From Octopus vulgaris (taxonomy: Eukaryota): a stretch of 64,000 nt of DNA. The stretch lies in the NCBI GenBank assembly GCA_951406725.2, contig OX597817.1, forward strand, positions 68,386,001 to 68,450,000. Reading direction: 5' to 3'. The notes under the pieces are model-generated. The model had not been told where the DNA came from. It worked only from the letters and a program-made list of their open reading frames with translations, and made no database searches. This document shows positions 13,555-27,050 of the stretch, in pieces. Position 1 is the first letter of the stretch. Each line of letters starts with the position of its first letter. The position numbers and the translations under genes are program-made.

Positions 13555-14817
13555 GTTAGCAATGAAGTTTCCGCCGCTTTTTTAAAATTTAAAGTTTTTA
13601 AAAAGTTTTAATAAAAAATAACAACTAATTAATCAATAATGTATTCATCCTTGCTGTTTACAACTCCTTCCTAACATTCAAGAAGATTTTCAATACCTCG
13701 TTGGTAGAAATCACCCGATTTCGACTCGAAAAATTGATCCAACCAAGCTTTCAGTTCTGCCTCAGTATTGAACGAAACTCCTCGCATAGCATTTGAAAGA
13801 GATCGAAAGGGGGGGAAATCCGTTGGTACCAGAATGAGGAGAGTACGGCAGGTGTGACAGTACTTCCCAGCCATACGTTTGAATGGCTTCTTTGGTGATA
13901 CTGGCGAAATGAGGGCGGGCGTTGCCGTGCAGTAAAAGAACTCCATGCTGATGATTAGGTATTTTCTCTTGAATAGCCCTGTTGAGTCGTTCCATATGTT
14001 GAACATGGAACGAACCTGTTTGGTTCCGTTCAAGCAATTCGTAATGGATAATCCCTTCCAAGTCCTACTATACGTACAACATCGTTTTACGCGGATGATC
14101 TTGTTTCACGTGCGGTGTCACTTGTTTAACGGGGCTAAGCCATTCATTACACTGCTTCATATTGATGTACAGGCACCATTTATCATCGCTAGTAACGATT
14201 CGGTAAAGAAATCGTTGCATGTGTCCATGAGTCGAGCGGTGACGGGCAAGCAAATCAGCAGAGATTGCGGCTCGTTGATTTTTGTTGTCACTTAAAGCAT
14301 GCAGAACCCATGCTCCATATTCTGAACCTTTCCCATCGAGTGAAGATGCTTCTCTATAGCAATGGAGGAGCATTCCATTTTCTCTGCCAGTTCCCTTGTC
14401 GTTTGACAAGAATTTTCGTGCAAAAGTTGGTTTAATCGCTCTTCATCGAACTCAGCTGGACGGCCAGAACGAGGTGCGTCTTTGAGGTCAAAATTTCCAT
14501 TTTTGAACTTGGCATACCAATCACAAGCTGTTCTTTCATCAATGGCACCATCTCCATACACAGCACAAATGTCGCGAGCAGCTTTTGCGGCCTTAGAACC
14601 TTGATTGAAAGGAAAAAGAAAGAGGTATCGAAAATGCTCATTTTTTTTATTTGACATTCCATTTCAAAAATAAACGAAAGTTAACTAAAATTAACTAGAA
14701 AGATTCTAAACTGATTCAAAAACAGAATTCTCAAAAAAAAAAATATCACTCCAAAATTCAAAAGCGCAATAAATTCCAAAATTTTAAAAAACCGCGGGAA
14801 CTTAGTTGCCAACCCAA
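13551..14817 (-). mobile_element. Full-length mariner transposon (1267 bp), inactive
   Basis: Imperfect TIRs ttgggttagcaatgaagtttccgcc (13551) and reverse complement ttgggttggcaactaagttcccgc (ends 14817). Left flank is TA within (TA)n; right flank reads TC. Transposase relic inside. Confidence 0.92.
13629..14662 (-). pseudogene. Mariner DD34D-type transposase pseudogene
   Basis: ICAVYGDGAI..WYAKFKNGNFDLKDAPRSGRP, IVTSDDKW, LLHGNARPH (catalytic D to G), HLPYSP, FYQRGIENL, EYIID*; split over 5-6 ORFs by frameshifts and stops. Confidence 0.9.
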
Positions 14818-14997
14818 TCTATATATATTTTTGAATTTTGGAATTTATTGCGCTTTTGAATTTTGGAGTGTATTTTTTTGAGAATCCTGTTTTTAAATCA
14901 ATTTAGAATCTTTTTTTCTAGTTAATTTTAGTTAACTTTCTCAAATTTTATATATATATATATATATAAAACTTTCCGAAATTTTATATATGTTTAT

Positions 14998-15169
14998 ATC
15001 AAAATAAGCAACAAGTATATCCGAGGTAATGTGGTACGATATTACCTCGGATATACTTGTTGCTTATTTTGATTGTAATCACCCCATGGATTTATATGGA
15101 TAATACAATACAAAATTCTGGTGTCTTTGACTTAAGTACCATATTCATCTGAATCTAAATTTCGCTGAA

Positions 15170-15170
<1 letters not shown>
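14998..15170. repeat. 33-bp perfect inverted repeat with continuing right arm; probable PLE terminal-repeat remnant
   Basis: Arms 14998-15030 and 15041-15073 with a 10-nt spacer. The end motif ttaagtacc..attca.ctgaatctaaatt recurs at about 20358-20388, and both are followed by (TA)n. Confidence 0.6.
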
Positions 15171-15230
<60 letters not shown>

Positions 15231-15239
15231 GTATATGTA

Positions 15240-16922
15240 TAAAATTTGGGTAAACAAATTTCCAAATCAATCTGGTACAATCAGGTACAACCCTTCAGCA
15301 TTATATGCATCTACATATCGTACCTTAGGGTCTTATTTATCATATATTTAGATATTTACCTATGGATATACAAAGTATCCGATAAAAGTCAATATTAATT
15401 CAATTTTTGGGAATTAATCGATATGCGGGTATTCTATTTCAGATAATACAGAAAATAACCTAATGAGTTTATCTTAAAGTAAACTCATGGTATCAGTTTG
15501 CACATCACGAATTAACACTTAAAGAATATAACCAAAATTACCAGCATGGTATATATTATACTTCATTAATTATCTCCTACTTTAGTTAATACTTAAATTT
15601 ATTTAATAATATATATGTACCACCAGAATTTAATACTATAAACAATTTTAAAATATAAGGAAATAAAAAATAATATAAGAAAATATAAAAAAATATAAGG
15701 GATATAAAGGATACAAAGGCATGCAAATATATACCATACAAAATATATAAAGTATATAAAAATACAATGTGTAATAAAAATATGATAGTTTTATAATTTT
15801 AAGTTCAGTAAACAGTGGGATATATGAAAGAAAAGTTTTTAAATTGTCAAAGTATCACTAAAACTTACAAAAATTATGAAAACTATATGAAAGGTAAATA
15901 AAATCTAAAAATATTACGGTATAAGATATCAGATTTATAAATTAAACATTAGTTGCATATGAAATCTATAATAGAAAATTATATTAAAAAGTTATACAAA
16001 AAAAATTCTTTTTTAGGAATGTTTTTATAAAAGCAAGCCAATAAAAGATGCTATAATTAGATGTATAAAAAGGAAATAAAGTAATATAAAATGAAAATAA
16101 AGAATATATTATAATGGAATTGTTATATAAATAGTTATAATCAGAATATTAATTAATTATTAATACTAAATGGAAAAGGCATAAGTATACCGGGCTATAA
16201 TAAAGATTAAAAGGAATTAAAATTATCATTAGAAATAGGTTAGAATATATTTAAAATACAACAAAGAACAAGGAATGAGGTATGAGAGTAACAGATCATA
16301 TAGGGTATATTTTATAATTGGGGAGATTTGAAAATTAAGGACTCGTTAGGAAAAAGTAGTATATGTATATTAACCGTGATAAGTTCAATATTGGGATTTG
16401 GTAGGTAGATATTATGATTACTCAGATATAATAGATCAAATGGGTTAAAGAAAAAATTTTAACCCCCTCCCCAAATATATGATATACTAAATAATTATCA
16501 ACTTCTAAAGTATTTAAAGGTACGAGTAATTTTATGAACACATGAGAGTCTAAGGTCTAATTTATTAAGTTGTTCTTGTGTCTATATTTTTAAAAAAATC
16601 ATATAATTCATTACAACAAATGTCACAGCCATATCGGCTATTTCTGTATGGTTGAGCTCTACACAATAAATACCATTTAAGACTAAAATCGATATTATTG
16701 TATTTGAGTTTCCAGATTTCCGTAGATAATGAAGTACTATTAACTTTATGTATAAGTCTGAAGGTTGAAAAATGGTTATTAACTGATTTATTCACATTTA
16801 CTGATCACCCTATATAAACAAAGTTATTATTTTCTGTCAGTATTGTACATTTATAAACAACATTTCCTGCTAAACTTTGACCTCACAGTGAGCAGAGGGT
16901 ATTTCCCTACAATTCCAACTGC
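15240..16922 (-). mobile_element. Penelope-like element 3' portion: GIY-YIG endonuclease relic plus long AT-rich 3' region
   Basis: Minus-strand translation of 16565-16920: NCRE..., AGNVVYKCTILTENNNFVYIG (VVY..YIG motif), NNHFSTFR...STSLSTEIWKLK...LKWYLL..AQPY...CDICCNE. The downstream extent is approximate. Confidence 0.75.
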
Positions 16923-16923
16923 G

Positions 16924-17088
<165 letters not shown>

Positions 17089-17089
<1 letters not shown>

Positions 17090-17995
17090 TATGGTCTTTG
17101 CACAGCTTCTAACGCTAGAGATGTACTACGGTGCCAGTTGTTCACTACCAGTGAATTAAGGTAATACCCCTTATTTTTCGAGCACCATCCGGAGCATTCG
17201 AGCGGTTCCAAGCAGTGTTATTTTCTGAAAGTGCTCCACCATTATTGCAGCCCCTATTTGTTTCATGTATTTCTCAAGATTTTTACTCACTGTTTCCATC
17301 TTTTTCACAACTGCATGACCTCCCAAGCTAACCTGTCATATCTATCGACATTTCGTTCTTCCTTATCGCGTACCTTGTTGTCAGCTGGGCATGCTATACC
17401 TATGATCAAGCACAGTTTGCTTTCTTTCTCAATTAACACTTTATCTGGTTTCCTATTCTCTATCTCATGGTTGCACTGAATCACAAAAATACCATTAGGT
17501 CTTTGCATAATCATTTTAGATGATGCCTTCGACTTTATGTTCCTACCACATTTTTTGCTCTGTCAAGTCCTCCATACTTGTTGCAAAGTGTCCAATGGAC
17601 AAACCTTGCTATGTTGTCATGACGTCACTTATATGATTTCTGGGTTAGTGGCGTACAATGGTTGGTAATATGCCATACGGCTTCACCATTTTGTCCACAT
17701 ATTCTGCACTTATCACTTTCTGATGTGTTGTCTATTCTGTATTTGATGTAATTGGTTCTTAATGCTTGCTCTTAGGCTGCACAGATTAGAGCCTCCGTTT
17801 CCAATTTTAAATCACTTTTAATCATCCACAGCCATCTTTTTTCTCTGTATGTCTTATTTTAAACATCCCTATGAAATTGTCCATGCATTCTTTTCTTTAT
17901 CCACCTATTTTCAGTTTAATTCATTTTAAAGTCCTTGTATAGTGATTTATCTTTGCAATCTTCCATCCTACACAACCCTGACCTTCTTACTTCCG
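17089..17995 (-). mobile_element. R4/Dong-clade retrotransposon 3' end (5'-truncated) running into (TAA)n
   Basis: Minus strand: KRMHGQFHRD, SDLKLETEALICAA*EQALRTNYIKYRID, CRICGQNGEAVWHI, RHDNIARFVHWTLC, IQCNHEIENRKPD, CLIIGIACPAD, LLGTARMLRMVLE; short 3' UTR then taataataa. Confidence 0.88.
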
Positions 17996-18118
17996 CTGAA
18001 AGTATACACCGTATCAACGAGGGAACTGACGTGGGATTCATATTTACCATAAAGTTTGAGGCCATCCATGAATAACAATAATGCCCCCCCCCATAATAAT
18101 AATGCTACCGAAGGACAT

Positions 18119-18178
<60 letters not shown>

Positions 18179-18179
<1 letters not shown>

Positions 18180-18494
18180 GAGTGAGAGAGCAGTTCATGC
18201 CATCAAAGTGACACTGGGGTAAAATATACGAAGCCCAATATACCCATCATGACTACCCGTCTGATAAGGGTACACCAGGCACATGCATCACAACCATATG
18301 TGCGCGACATGGTGATCTCATATCAAGATAAACAGCACATGACCTTGCAGGTGGGGCTCAGTTAGAATTTTCTTCAGGTTGAGTAGCCCATCCCGCTCAA
18401 AAGGTCCCTAAATAAGAGTTGTTTAAGGATGTTGAAAGAACCACCCACGTTTCCAGAGGTGAATTATTCAAACCCCAAAGAATCCCTCTCAACA

Positions 18495-18496
<2 letters not shown>
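18179..18496. repeat. Interspersed repeat of unassigned class embedded in (ATT)n; second, longer inverted copy at 40205-40803
   Basis: tgagtgagagagcag..catcaaagtgacactgg..tgcgcgacat..gaccttgcaggtgg matches the reverse complement of about 40485-40803; flanked by (ATT)n on both sides. Confidence 0.8.
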
Positions 18497-18573
<77 letters not shown>

Positions 18574-18689
18574 TCGAATCATATTGTTCGTATTTTTGTG
18601 TCATAATACGTGTTACTGTTCAACTTTCTAGAAGTGTCATTAAGGGTTATGTTTATTATTTCTCAAGTTATTATCCTTTGTATTATTAC

Positions 18690-19015
18690 TAATGTCTAAT
18701 TTATGAATCTGATATCTTATACCCTTATACCTTTAGATTTTATATACCTTTCATATAGTTTTCATCATTTTTGTATGTTTTATTGATACTTTGACAATTT
18801 AAAGAAATTTCTTTCATATGCCCCACTGTGCACTGAGCTTAAAATTATAAAAGTATTATAATTTTATTACACATTGTTTTTTTTTATATATTTGATATGG
18901 TTTATATCTTCATGCCTTTATATCCTTTATATTTCTTTATATTTTCTTATATTATTTTCTTACATTATTTTTATATTTTCTTATATTATTTTTTATTTCC
19001 TTATATTTAAAAATT
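18690..19015 (+). repeat. Diverged inverted copy of the PLE 3' region at about 15640-15955
   Basis: tctgatatcttatacc..tttagatttt..tacctttcatatagttttcat..gatactttgacaatttaaa..ttcttatattattttttatttccttatatt matches the reverse complement of 15640-15955. Confidence 0.75.
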
Positions 19016-19062
19016 TCGTTTTGGGATTTGGTCTGCAAGATTCTTTATGTGAGTTCGTGTGT

Positions 19063-19272
19063 TGTGTCTGGGGAGAGTCATTTTCTTTTTATGTCTTATA
19101 ATTTAACACACTCGCCTGTCAAATTTCCACTTTTCAATAGTCTTAGGCTATTGAAAAGGTTGCAAGACGCAACGAAAATTTTAGGAAAATAACAATTAGA
19201 AATAAGTGGAAATTTTACCGGTGTGTGTGTTAAATTATAAGGCACAAAAGAAAATTACTCTCCCCAGACACA
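19063..19272. repeat. Inverted repeat (arms of about 70 bp) with inner hairpin; foldback/MITE-like or PLE-derived
   Basis: Arms 19063-19132 and 19204-19272; inner hairpin cttttcaatag-tcttagg-ctattgaaaag (19130-19158). Confidence 0.75.
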
Positions 19273-20427
19273 CACACAAAAAATATAGCATAAAAGTGTG
19301 GTAATTTATAATTTTAATTGCTTTTCCATAAAATTCGTTATATACTGCAATCTTATATTATCATATATTAAATTATACATTATCCCCTTATTTAGTTATA
19401 TTTGAAATTGCTTTCTAGCCTTTATATATCTATATATTTATATTTTGCTTTAATGGTATAAGTAAACTAAGTTTAAAACTTACTCCTTCCATTTCTCTCT
19501 TAACTTACATTCCACCCATAATCCTTTAAGAGGTATTCCATTTAACATTTCACTTTTCTTCCTCTTTAGGATGACAATCAAAATAAACTTTATTAGCTAT
19601 ACCTATCCCTTCTTTTCTTTCTAGTACCACCATCCTCTCATCCTACATTCTCGTTTACCTCCCCATGACCTACCCTCTAGTGTCGCTATAGCCAGATGTA
19701 AAGTTCCATTTTCTCAGATAGAACGGTCTTTCATGATACTAATAAATTTATAACTCCCCAAAGATCTAATTCTAGGTGTTTTGAGGATTACATTCTCACT
19801 ATTGCCTTCGATGTATAGATAATGGGATCACTACTCACATTCATCTCTCCTCACACCACTCTAGCCTATGCTAATTTCTGGTTTGTCTGTCGCTGTACTA
19901 TCCTTTTTTTCTTCTGCCAAAACATTTAGCAGAGGAATCATTGTAAATATTTGCTCTCTGTTCATGATATAAATATGTTTCAATATCTAACTTGTCCTAT
20001 ATCCTTGAAGTCTATGTGGTTATCTGATAAGAACTGTTTTCTTAATAAAGATTTAATGATTTCATTGATTAAAGGAGTCGCTCGAAATGGCCGTAATGAA
20101 TTGAAACTTATACATTTTTGTTACTCATTTATATTTTACTCACCTACACTGAAATCTGCACTTCGGAAGTATTTGAATGGTATCTTTATATTAAGTACAT
20201 GTCTGGAGAAATAAGAGCGGACTAATTCACCAAGTTGGATCATGCCATCTGCACACACTGCATGAATATGGGGTGGAAAGCATGTTATGTAGAGTTTGAT
20301 AATCACCTAATATTGCCTGAGTGTGCAAATAAGTTTGTTCTAACAAGGTGCTTCAATTTAAGTACCTAATTCAACTGAATCTAAATTACATTTATATATA
20401 CATATACATATATATATATATATATAT

Positions 20428-20785
20428 AAAAGGAAATGAAGAAAATGCTGACAAAATAATTTAAGTAATTTAAGTAATTTAATTAGGTGAAAGTTCTTTT
20501 TACTGGTTGCGCATTTGTTATGCTTATCAAAAGATATATTTTTAAGAGAGATAGAGTTCCTTTCTGATAGATTTTTTCCTCTTATCCAGATAAGAGGAAA
20601 AAATCTATCAGAAAGGAACTCTATCTCTCTTTAAAAATATCTTTTGATAAGCATAACAAATGCGCAACCGGTAAAAAGAACTTTCACCTAATTAAATTAC
20701 TTAAATTACTTAAATTATTTTGTCAGCATTTTCTACATTTCCTTTTTTATATATCACAACTCGTGTTCCACATCTCCTTTTTTAA

Positions 20786-20792
<7 letters not shown>
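20428..20792. repeat. Near-perfect 319-bp palindrome (2-nt spacer) with 46-bp one-sided extension, inside (TA)n; probable inverted PLE terminal repeats
   Basis: Arms 20428-20586 and 20589-20746 with few differences; each arm carries a hammerhead-like motif (20641-20678 on the + strand). Confidence 0.85.
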
Positions 20793-20826
<34 letters not shown>

Positions 20827-21227
20827 AGAGAGAAAGAGAGACGGACAGACAGATAGAAAGATAGATATACATATACATATATATGTATATATATATACAT
20901 ATATACATATATATGTATATATACATATAGATATATACACATATATAAATATATACATATATATGCATACATACATACATCTATGTATATACATATATAC
21001 ATACATATATACAATAATATATACATATATATATATATGTATATTTGTATATGTGTGTGATTGTGTGTGTGTATGTGCTACTAGTAATATGTAATCCATG
21101 TCTTATGTGGCTGGGTCGTCAGCTATGTAAGAAAATTGTCTATGTGTATGTATATACATATATACGTATACATACAGACATATATGTATATATATATATG
21201 CATGCATGTATATATGGCATATCTCTA

Positions 21228-21268
<41 letters not shown>

Positions 21269-21306
21269 GTCTATCTATCTGTCTCTTTCTCCCTGTCTCT
21301 CTCTTG

Positions 21307-21367
<61 letters not shown>

Positions 21368-21387
21368 CATATACATACATATATATA

Positions 21388-21419
<32 letters not shown>

Positions 21420-22113
21420 GCTACATATGATTGTGAGTGCATCTCTCGCCGATGTGTAATCATCATGTCACCGTTAAAAACCAGAGACAGTTTCTTATCA
21501 TTCTGCCTTCAGAAATGCAGTGAACCAATTATTGGCCCACTGGAAACCTGCGATATGAAATAAAATATCAATAAATAAAATCAAAATATGCACTCACTAT
21601 CGGCTTAATTAATTCAGCCGTTCAATAATAAAAGAAACCAATTTAACCATTCAATCAATGAATTCCACATACGTTTTATAAAAGTAACCGGTGTGGCAGA
21701 AGACTAGAACGAAAGCTAACCAACCACATGGTGCTGTGTACTTATCTTACATATTACTACTACCAAATAGTCAGCGAAAGCTATTAATGCAACCGAAAAC
21801 TAAACTAAGCTATTATTGCTGTAATTGAACGTCATTAAGATAGTTCAACTCATATTTCTAGACAAAACGACTACGTTGGCCTTGCAATTCCAAGGAACAT
21901 AAATAGCTGATATATTCTAACAATTAATGGTTACATATTCCATAAGTGAGTCTCTGGAAACACGATGATATATTGAGTATTACACAGAAGATATTGTATG
22001 TGAGATGATATATTGAACATTAATATTTCATAGACTACTTATTGTATTTCACGAACTGTGACGTACTATGCGCATACACACACACATATATACATATATA
22101 TATATATGTATGC

Positions 22114-22163
<50 letters not shown>

Positions 22164-22303
22164 TATGTATGTATGTATGTATGTATGAATGTATGTATAT
22201 ATACGCATACATTATATTGCATATATATATTATATATATATATATAATAATATAATCATATACATATAAATATACATACATACACATATATATATACACA
22301 CAT

Positions 22304-22355
<52 letters not shown>

Positions 22356-22925
22356 TCTATCGATTTTATTGTATCTTCTGTTATACATACACACACAAAC
22401 ACATACATTCATATTCTATTTTATAAGATAGTGGTTTCACGATTTCATATAGAATACTAAAAATCTTTACGAGTTATTTTCTTATGAAATTTATGTTATT
22501 TTATTTTATTTTTCGCAGCACAAATTATTGTAAAAGCCAGAGATTCACTTATTGAAGTTTCTTTTCTTTTGCTGACGCGAGTACCAGATATGGTGACTGC
22601 AAGGTATTACAAGGTATTGCAAGAGACTAGAAATGTTATTACTATGACATCCACCGTTATAGTTGTAGAGGTTTGTTTGATAAATTGTTGCATATTAGCT
22701 AACTTGCTTCAAGGTCGTGGTTAGTCTATCTGCTAGCAACTGCAGCTATATAAGTTATAAATTATGATCACCTGTGCTTAAAAATTGCACATTTGATAAT
22801 GTAGTTCTCAGTGCACTATGCCTTGGAAAATGCACTGGATAAAGCTTGACCTGGAACTAACAAATAGAAAATACTGCTGACAGGGCCACTGGCTTTTCTC
22901 AACCAATAGCAAGGTTGATCTAGAA

Positions 22926-23266
22926 CTGCGGTTCTCAACTGGGGTCCATAAGGCCCCTGAGGGTCCACATCAGGTTTTTGGGGTTTCATACAACAAAATA
23001 GTAAATTGGGATACACAATAGTATTTTAAGGGCCCCTGAACAAATTTTGCTTAAGACATAGGTATTGATATGTATTGCAAGAAACAGCTAGATTTATTTC
23101 TCTAACATTTTACAAAGTTCAACCTACACAAATTAATATGTGAAAGCAATAATAAATAAAATTCTATAAAACTAGTTTTTAAACATCGAATGGCTACGAG
23201 GGTCCCTCAGAATAAAATAGTAATCAAAGGAGTCCATAGATAAAAAAAAAGGGTAAAGAACCTCTG
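22926..23266. mobile_element. hAT (Charlie/Buster-type) MITE, 341 bp
   Basis: Perfect 8-bp TSD ATCTAGAA (22918-22925, 23267-23274); imperfect TIRs ctgcggttctcaac / ggtaaagaacctctg. Confidence 0.9.
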
Positions 23267-24017
23267 ATCTAGAAGGCCTAGAAGATTACGGAACTACCAT
23301 ATGAGGTTGAGTTTAGTGAAAGTTCCTTGTTGATGCTTGTTATACTCATCAGTGGGAGTAAGACTTTCTAGGGTAATATATAGAGCGTTTGAAAAAAAGG
23401 TTAAAGAAGTAAAGCCCTACACGAAGACCTAAAGGCGGGACCCTCAGATAGATATGTATGCTCAAGCTTAACGAATATGTAGCTTCTCCCGTAGCTCCAT
23501 GGATGCCGCGAACGCATTTACTTGTCTTTCCTTCGTGGCGTATTGATGCGTGGTAAATGTACTTAGGGCTAGGCACTAGCTTCTGCAAACAGCCCAGGTT
23601 CAGCAGAGGAGGTTAAATTACTTTCTCAGTAATACTGTCAACTAACGACGAAAATTGCCTATCAGGAGTAAAGGAATAACGAATATCATCTTGAAGTTTT
23701 GAACATATAACATAACGATTGTTTTTGATATCAAATGCACCTCAGAGATGTGTAGAAATAGCTGAATAAATTTAAATTATTACTTTTTGTTCAGAATCTG
23801 ATTTTTTAAAAATATTGTATTGTCCTTAGTATTGGATGGGCCTTCGAGATTAGAACGGTTGATGTGGCGGGTGGTCTGTTTTAACTGCTACAAGTTGACA
23901 GTTACAGGCAAGAGAAAGAAACATGCGAATGGAGTGAATTTCAGCGGAATAATACTCTGAGGAGGGAGGACAAGGTTAAATAGAGCAATGTTTGGGAATA
24001 TATGTATGTATGTATGC

Positions 24018-24121
<104 letters not shown>

Positions 24122-24254
24122 GGAGGGGATTTATCTCCCCGCTTACGATATAAACAAGCGTGCATTTTACACCACAGTAATGTTTGTTCCAATAGAACAT
24201 CCAAGTTCAAGTGGAAATAAATATTACCTCCCGGTATTAATACTGCCTCTATCG

Positions 24255-24288
<34 letters not shown>

Positions 24289-25888
24289 TGAGAATGTTAG
24301 TTGATTTTCTTTTATGATATATTAAAAACACGACTATGTTCAATGTTTATCTTTTTTTAGTTAAGAAATTTTGTTTTTCCTCACTTCTTTATTATATGTT
24401 TCTAACAACATCTGAATACGTTTCGCGAATTTCTCATCCTTATTTACAAAATAAGCTTTCTTAGTAACGGGTTGTCCCCGGGTTTTGCAGTTAAAAGGCA
24501 AAGAGTTTTTCAATAACGTTAGAATTGATAAAAATCATCGTCACCGAATTTAAATTTATATAACAATAAATCCTAGGAAATGTCACGTTCTCGTGTGCAT
24601 TTTACGTGGGTTCTGTTTAATTTAAGTTTGTATGTTGTCAAAGAATTTTATGACAATCGATTCTATATATTAGAGAATGTGCTTCTGTGAGATAGCCGCC
24701 GTAGTGTCACAGATGTAAGAGAAAAACAGCAACAGAAACAAAAAATATATTATCCTAAGTAAATACACATAAGGAAATGTTACCAAGAGGACACTTTGCA
24801 GAAGAAAATATGGTATGGACACAGCGGAAATAGTCTTTGATCAAAATTATTTCTGTTCCATCATAGCTAACCTGGAGTTAAACAACGAATAAGTCCAAAC
24901 AAATAAATCAAATTTCTGTTGCACATGTTCATAATGAAATGGTGATCTTCATCAGACACTATAAATAATTCGAGTCCGGACATTTCTGTCTGCAAACATG
25001 TTGCTGATAGTTATTGCTTACTATTTTTATAAGTGCTTGTAACGGGCAAAATTTCATACGTAGATACCCCTTTACGTAAATGTGTTGGGGCGGGTATTTT
25101 TCTACGTATATGGAAGCAGACATGATCCAATATTAAATATAAAATCGCTCCACAATCAAGAGCTACGGGTTCGGTCCCTCCGCATTCTATACTATTTGCA
25201 TCACTGACAGTAGTTATTCAACCATTATCTCTTTAAAACATTCTCGTACAAAATCTTGACAGAAGGAGACGCCAACTAGTTTCGATTTCCAGTCAAAACT
25301 ATTTCATTTTGCTTACATGATAATACCCCTGAGAATGTCATTGACACATTACATACCCATTTTTTTCTTCTCCTATCTCTGTAACATAGCCATTTCGACG
25401 TCGTTATTTATTTTGCCAAGCTTAATGTAATGAATCTTTTCTTCAGATGTGTTCCTACAACAGTATCTGTTTATTTCCATATTTACGAGGTAACATTCAC
25501 TTTTGTCGAGAATATATATGTGTGTACATATCCTCTAATACATTACAGGCAGATACAGTTACTTTTCATTTGAAATCTGACTCAACAGAGAAAGCTTCAT
25601 GTAATTAAAAGCATTACCTATTGATGCCATTCTGAGGGAGATAACTAGCAGCTGAAAATTACGTAGTATCGAGTATAATTGATAGTACTTTCTCAAAACC
25701 TTCAGTGTTGATGGCGGAGCAGACAAGATTTATGTTTTCGGATCATATGAAACTATTATGCAATAGGAAACATCATCAACATTATTATCACAAACACATA
25801 CACACACAAACACACATAAACACGTATACACGCACAAGTATGTATGTATGTATGTATGTATGTATGTATGTATATAAATTATACATGC

Positions 25889-25925
<37 letters not shown>

Positions 25926-26198
25926 CATTATATATATACATATACATATATATATATATTTATATATATACATTATATATATACATATACATATATATAT
26001 ATATATGTATACACAAGCGCACACACATATATATAGGCATACGGTAAAATGTATGCATGCATGCAAGTATATATATGCATATATTTTCTTGCCCATCTAT
26101 TAACGAATGCAAAAATTATACATATGCTTTTGAGCATATATATATACATATATATGTAGACACACAAATACCCCTCACAAACACACACACACACACAT

Positions 26199-26235
<37 letters not shown>

Positions 26236-26346
26236 CGTACACATTCATATATAGGCATTTAAGTAAATGTATGTATGCAAGTGTACATACGCATATATTT
26301 TCTTGCCTATCTATTAATGAATGTAAAAATTATACATATGCCTCAG

Positions 26347-26396
<50 letters not shown>

Positions 26397-27000
26397 CACA
26401 CAAACAGATACATGTATGTGGATGTACGTTTATGCATATATACGTCTGTAGTTATATCTATATTTATCATATATGTAAATATGTATACATATGCAAGCAT
26501 AACTATATACATGTTTGTATGCGTGTGTGTGTGTGTGTAAAGCATATACATCATATGTATTTTATATACGCATAACACACACGCACGGACACATACACAA
26601 ATCTATGCATATGCAAATAGGTGGCAAATTGGCTGAGCCATTAAAGTGTTGGGTGTATTTCCTGGTAGTATTCCATCCGGTAGTCTGTGGTCTGAGTTCA
26701 AACACTATATGAAATAGTTTACCCTCTCTCTTTCTCACCCTTTCTCTTTCTTTCTCCTTCTGTTTCATTATATCTATCATCGTTTCTCTCTCTTTCTCTC
26801 TCCCACTTTCTGGTAGAATTTGTGTGACGGCAAACCTGAAGAGGGAATGAGGTCCATTAGGTTTTTAAAAAAACCCTAGAAAATGTCATATGTTACAACG
26901 GCGCCCATACTGCCACCACAATAGTTGGGGGCTCAAAGCAAGGCAGATAAATCTCTGTCTATCTATCTATCTATCTCTATCTCTCTCCCCCCTCTCTCTC

Positions 27001-27049
<49 letters not shown>

Positions 27050-27050
27050 T

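Noticed and set aside
24460-24680. Possible small Helitron-like element on the minus strand (TC start, GC-rich end)
   Set aside because: No convincing CTRR end or hairpin and no second copy in the window.
26032-26341. Diverged ~95-bp direct repeat (26032-26127 / 26251-26341); also a 26-27-bp duplication at 46830-46885
   Set aside because: Best explained as local slippage duplications; no sign of mobility or function.
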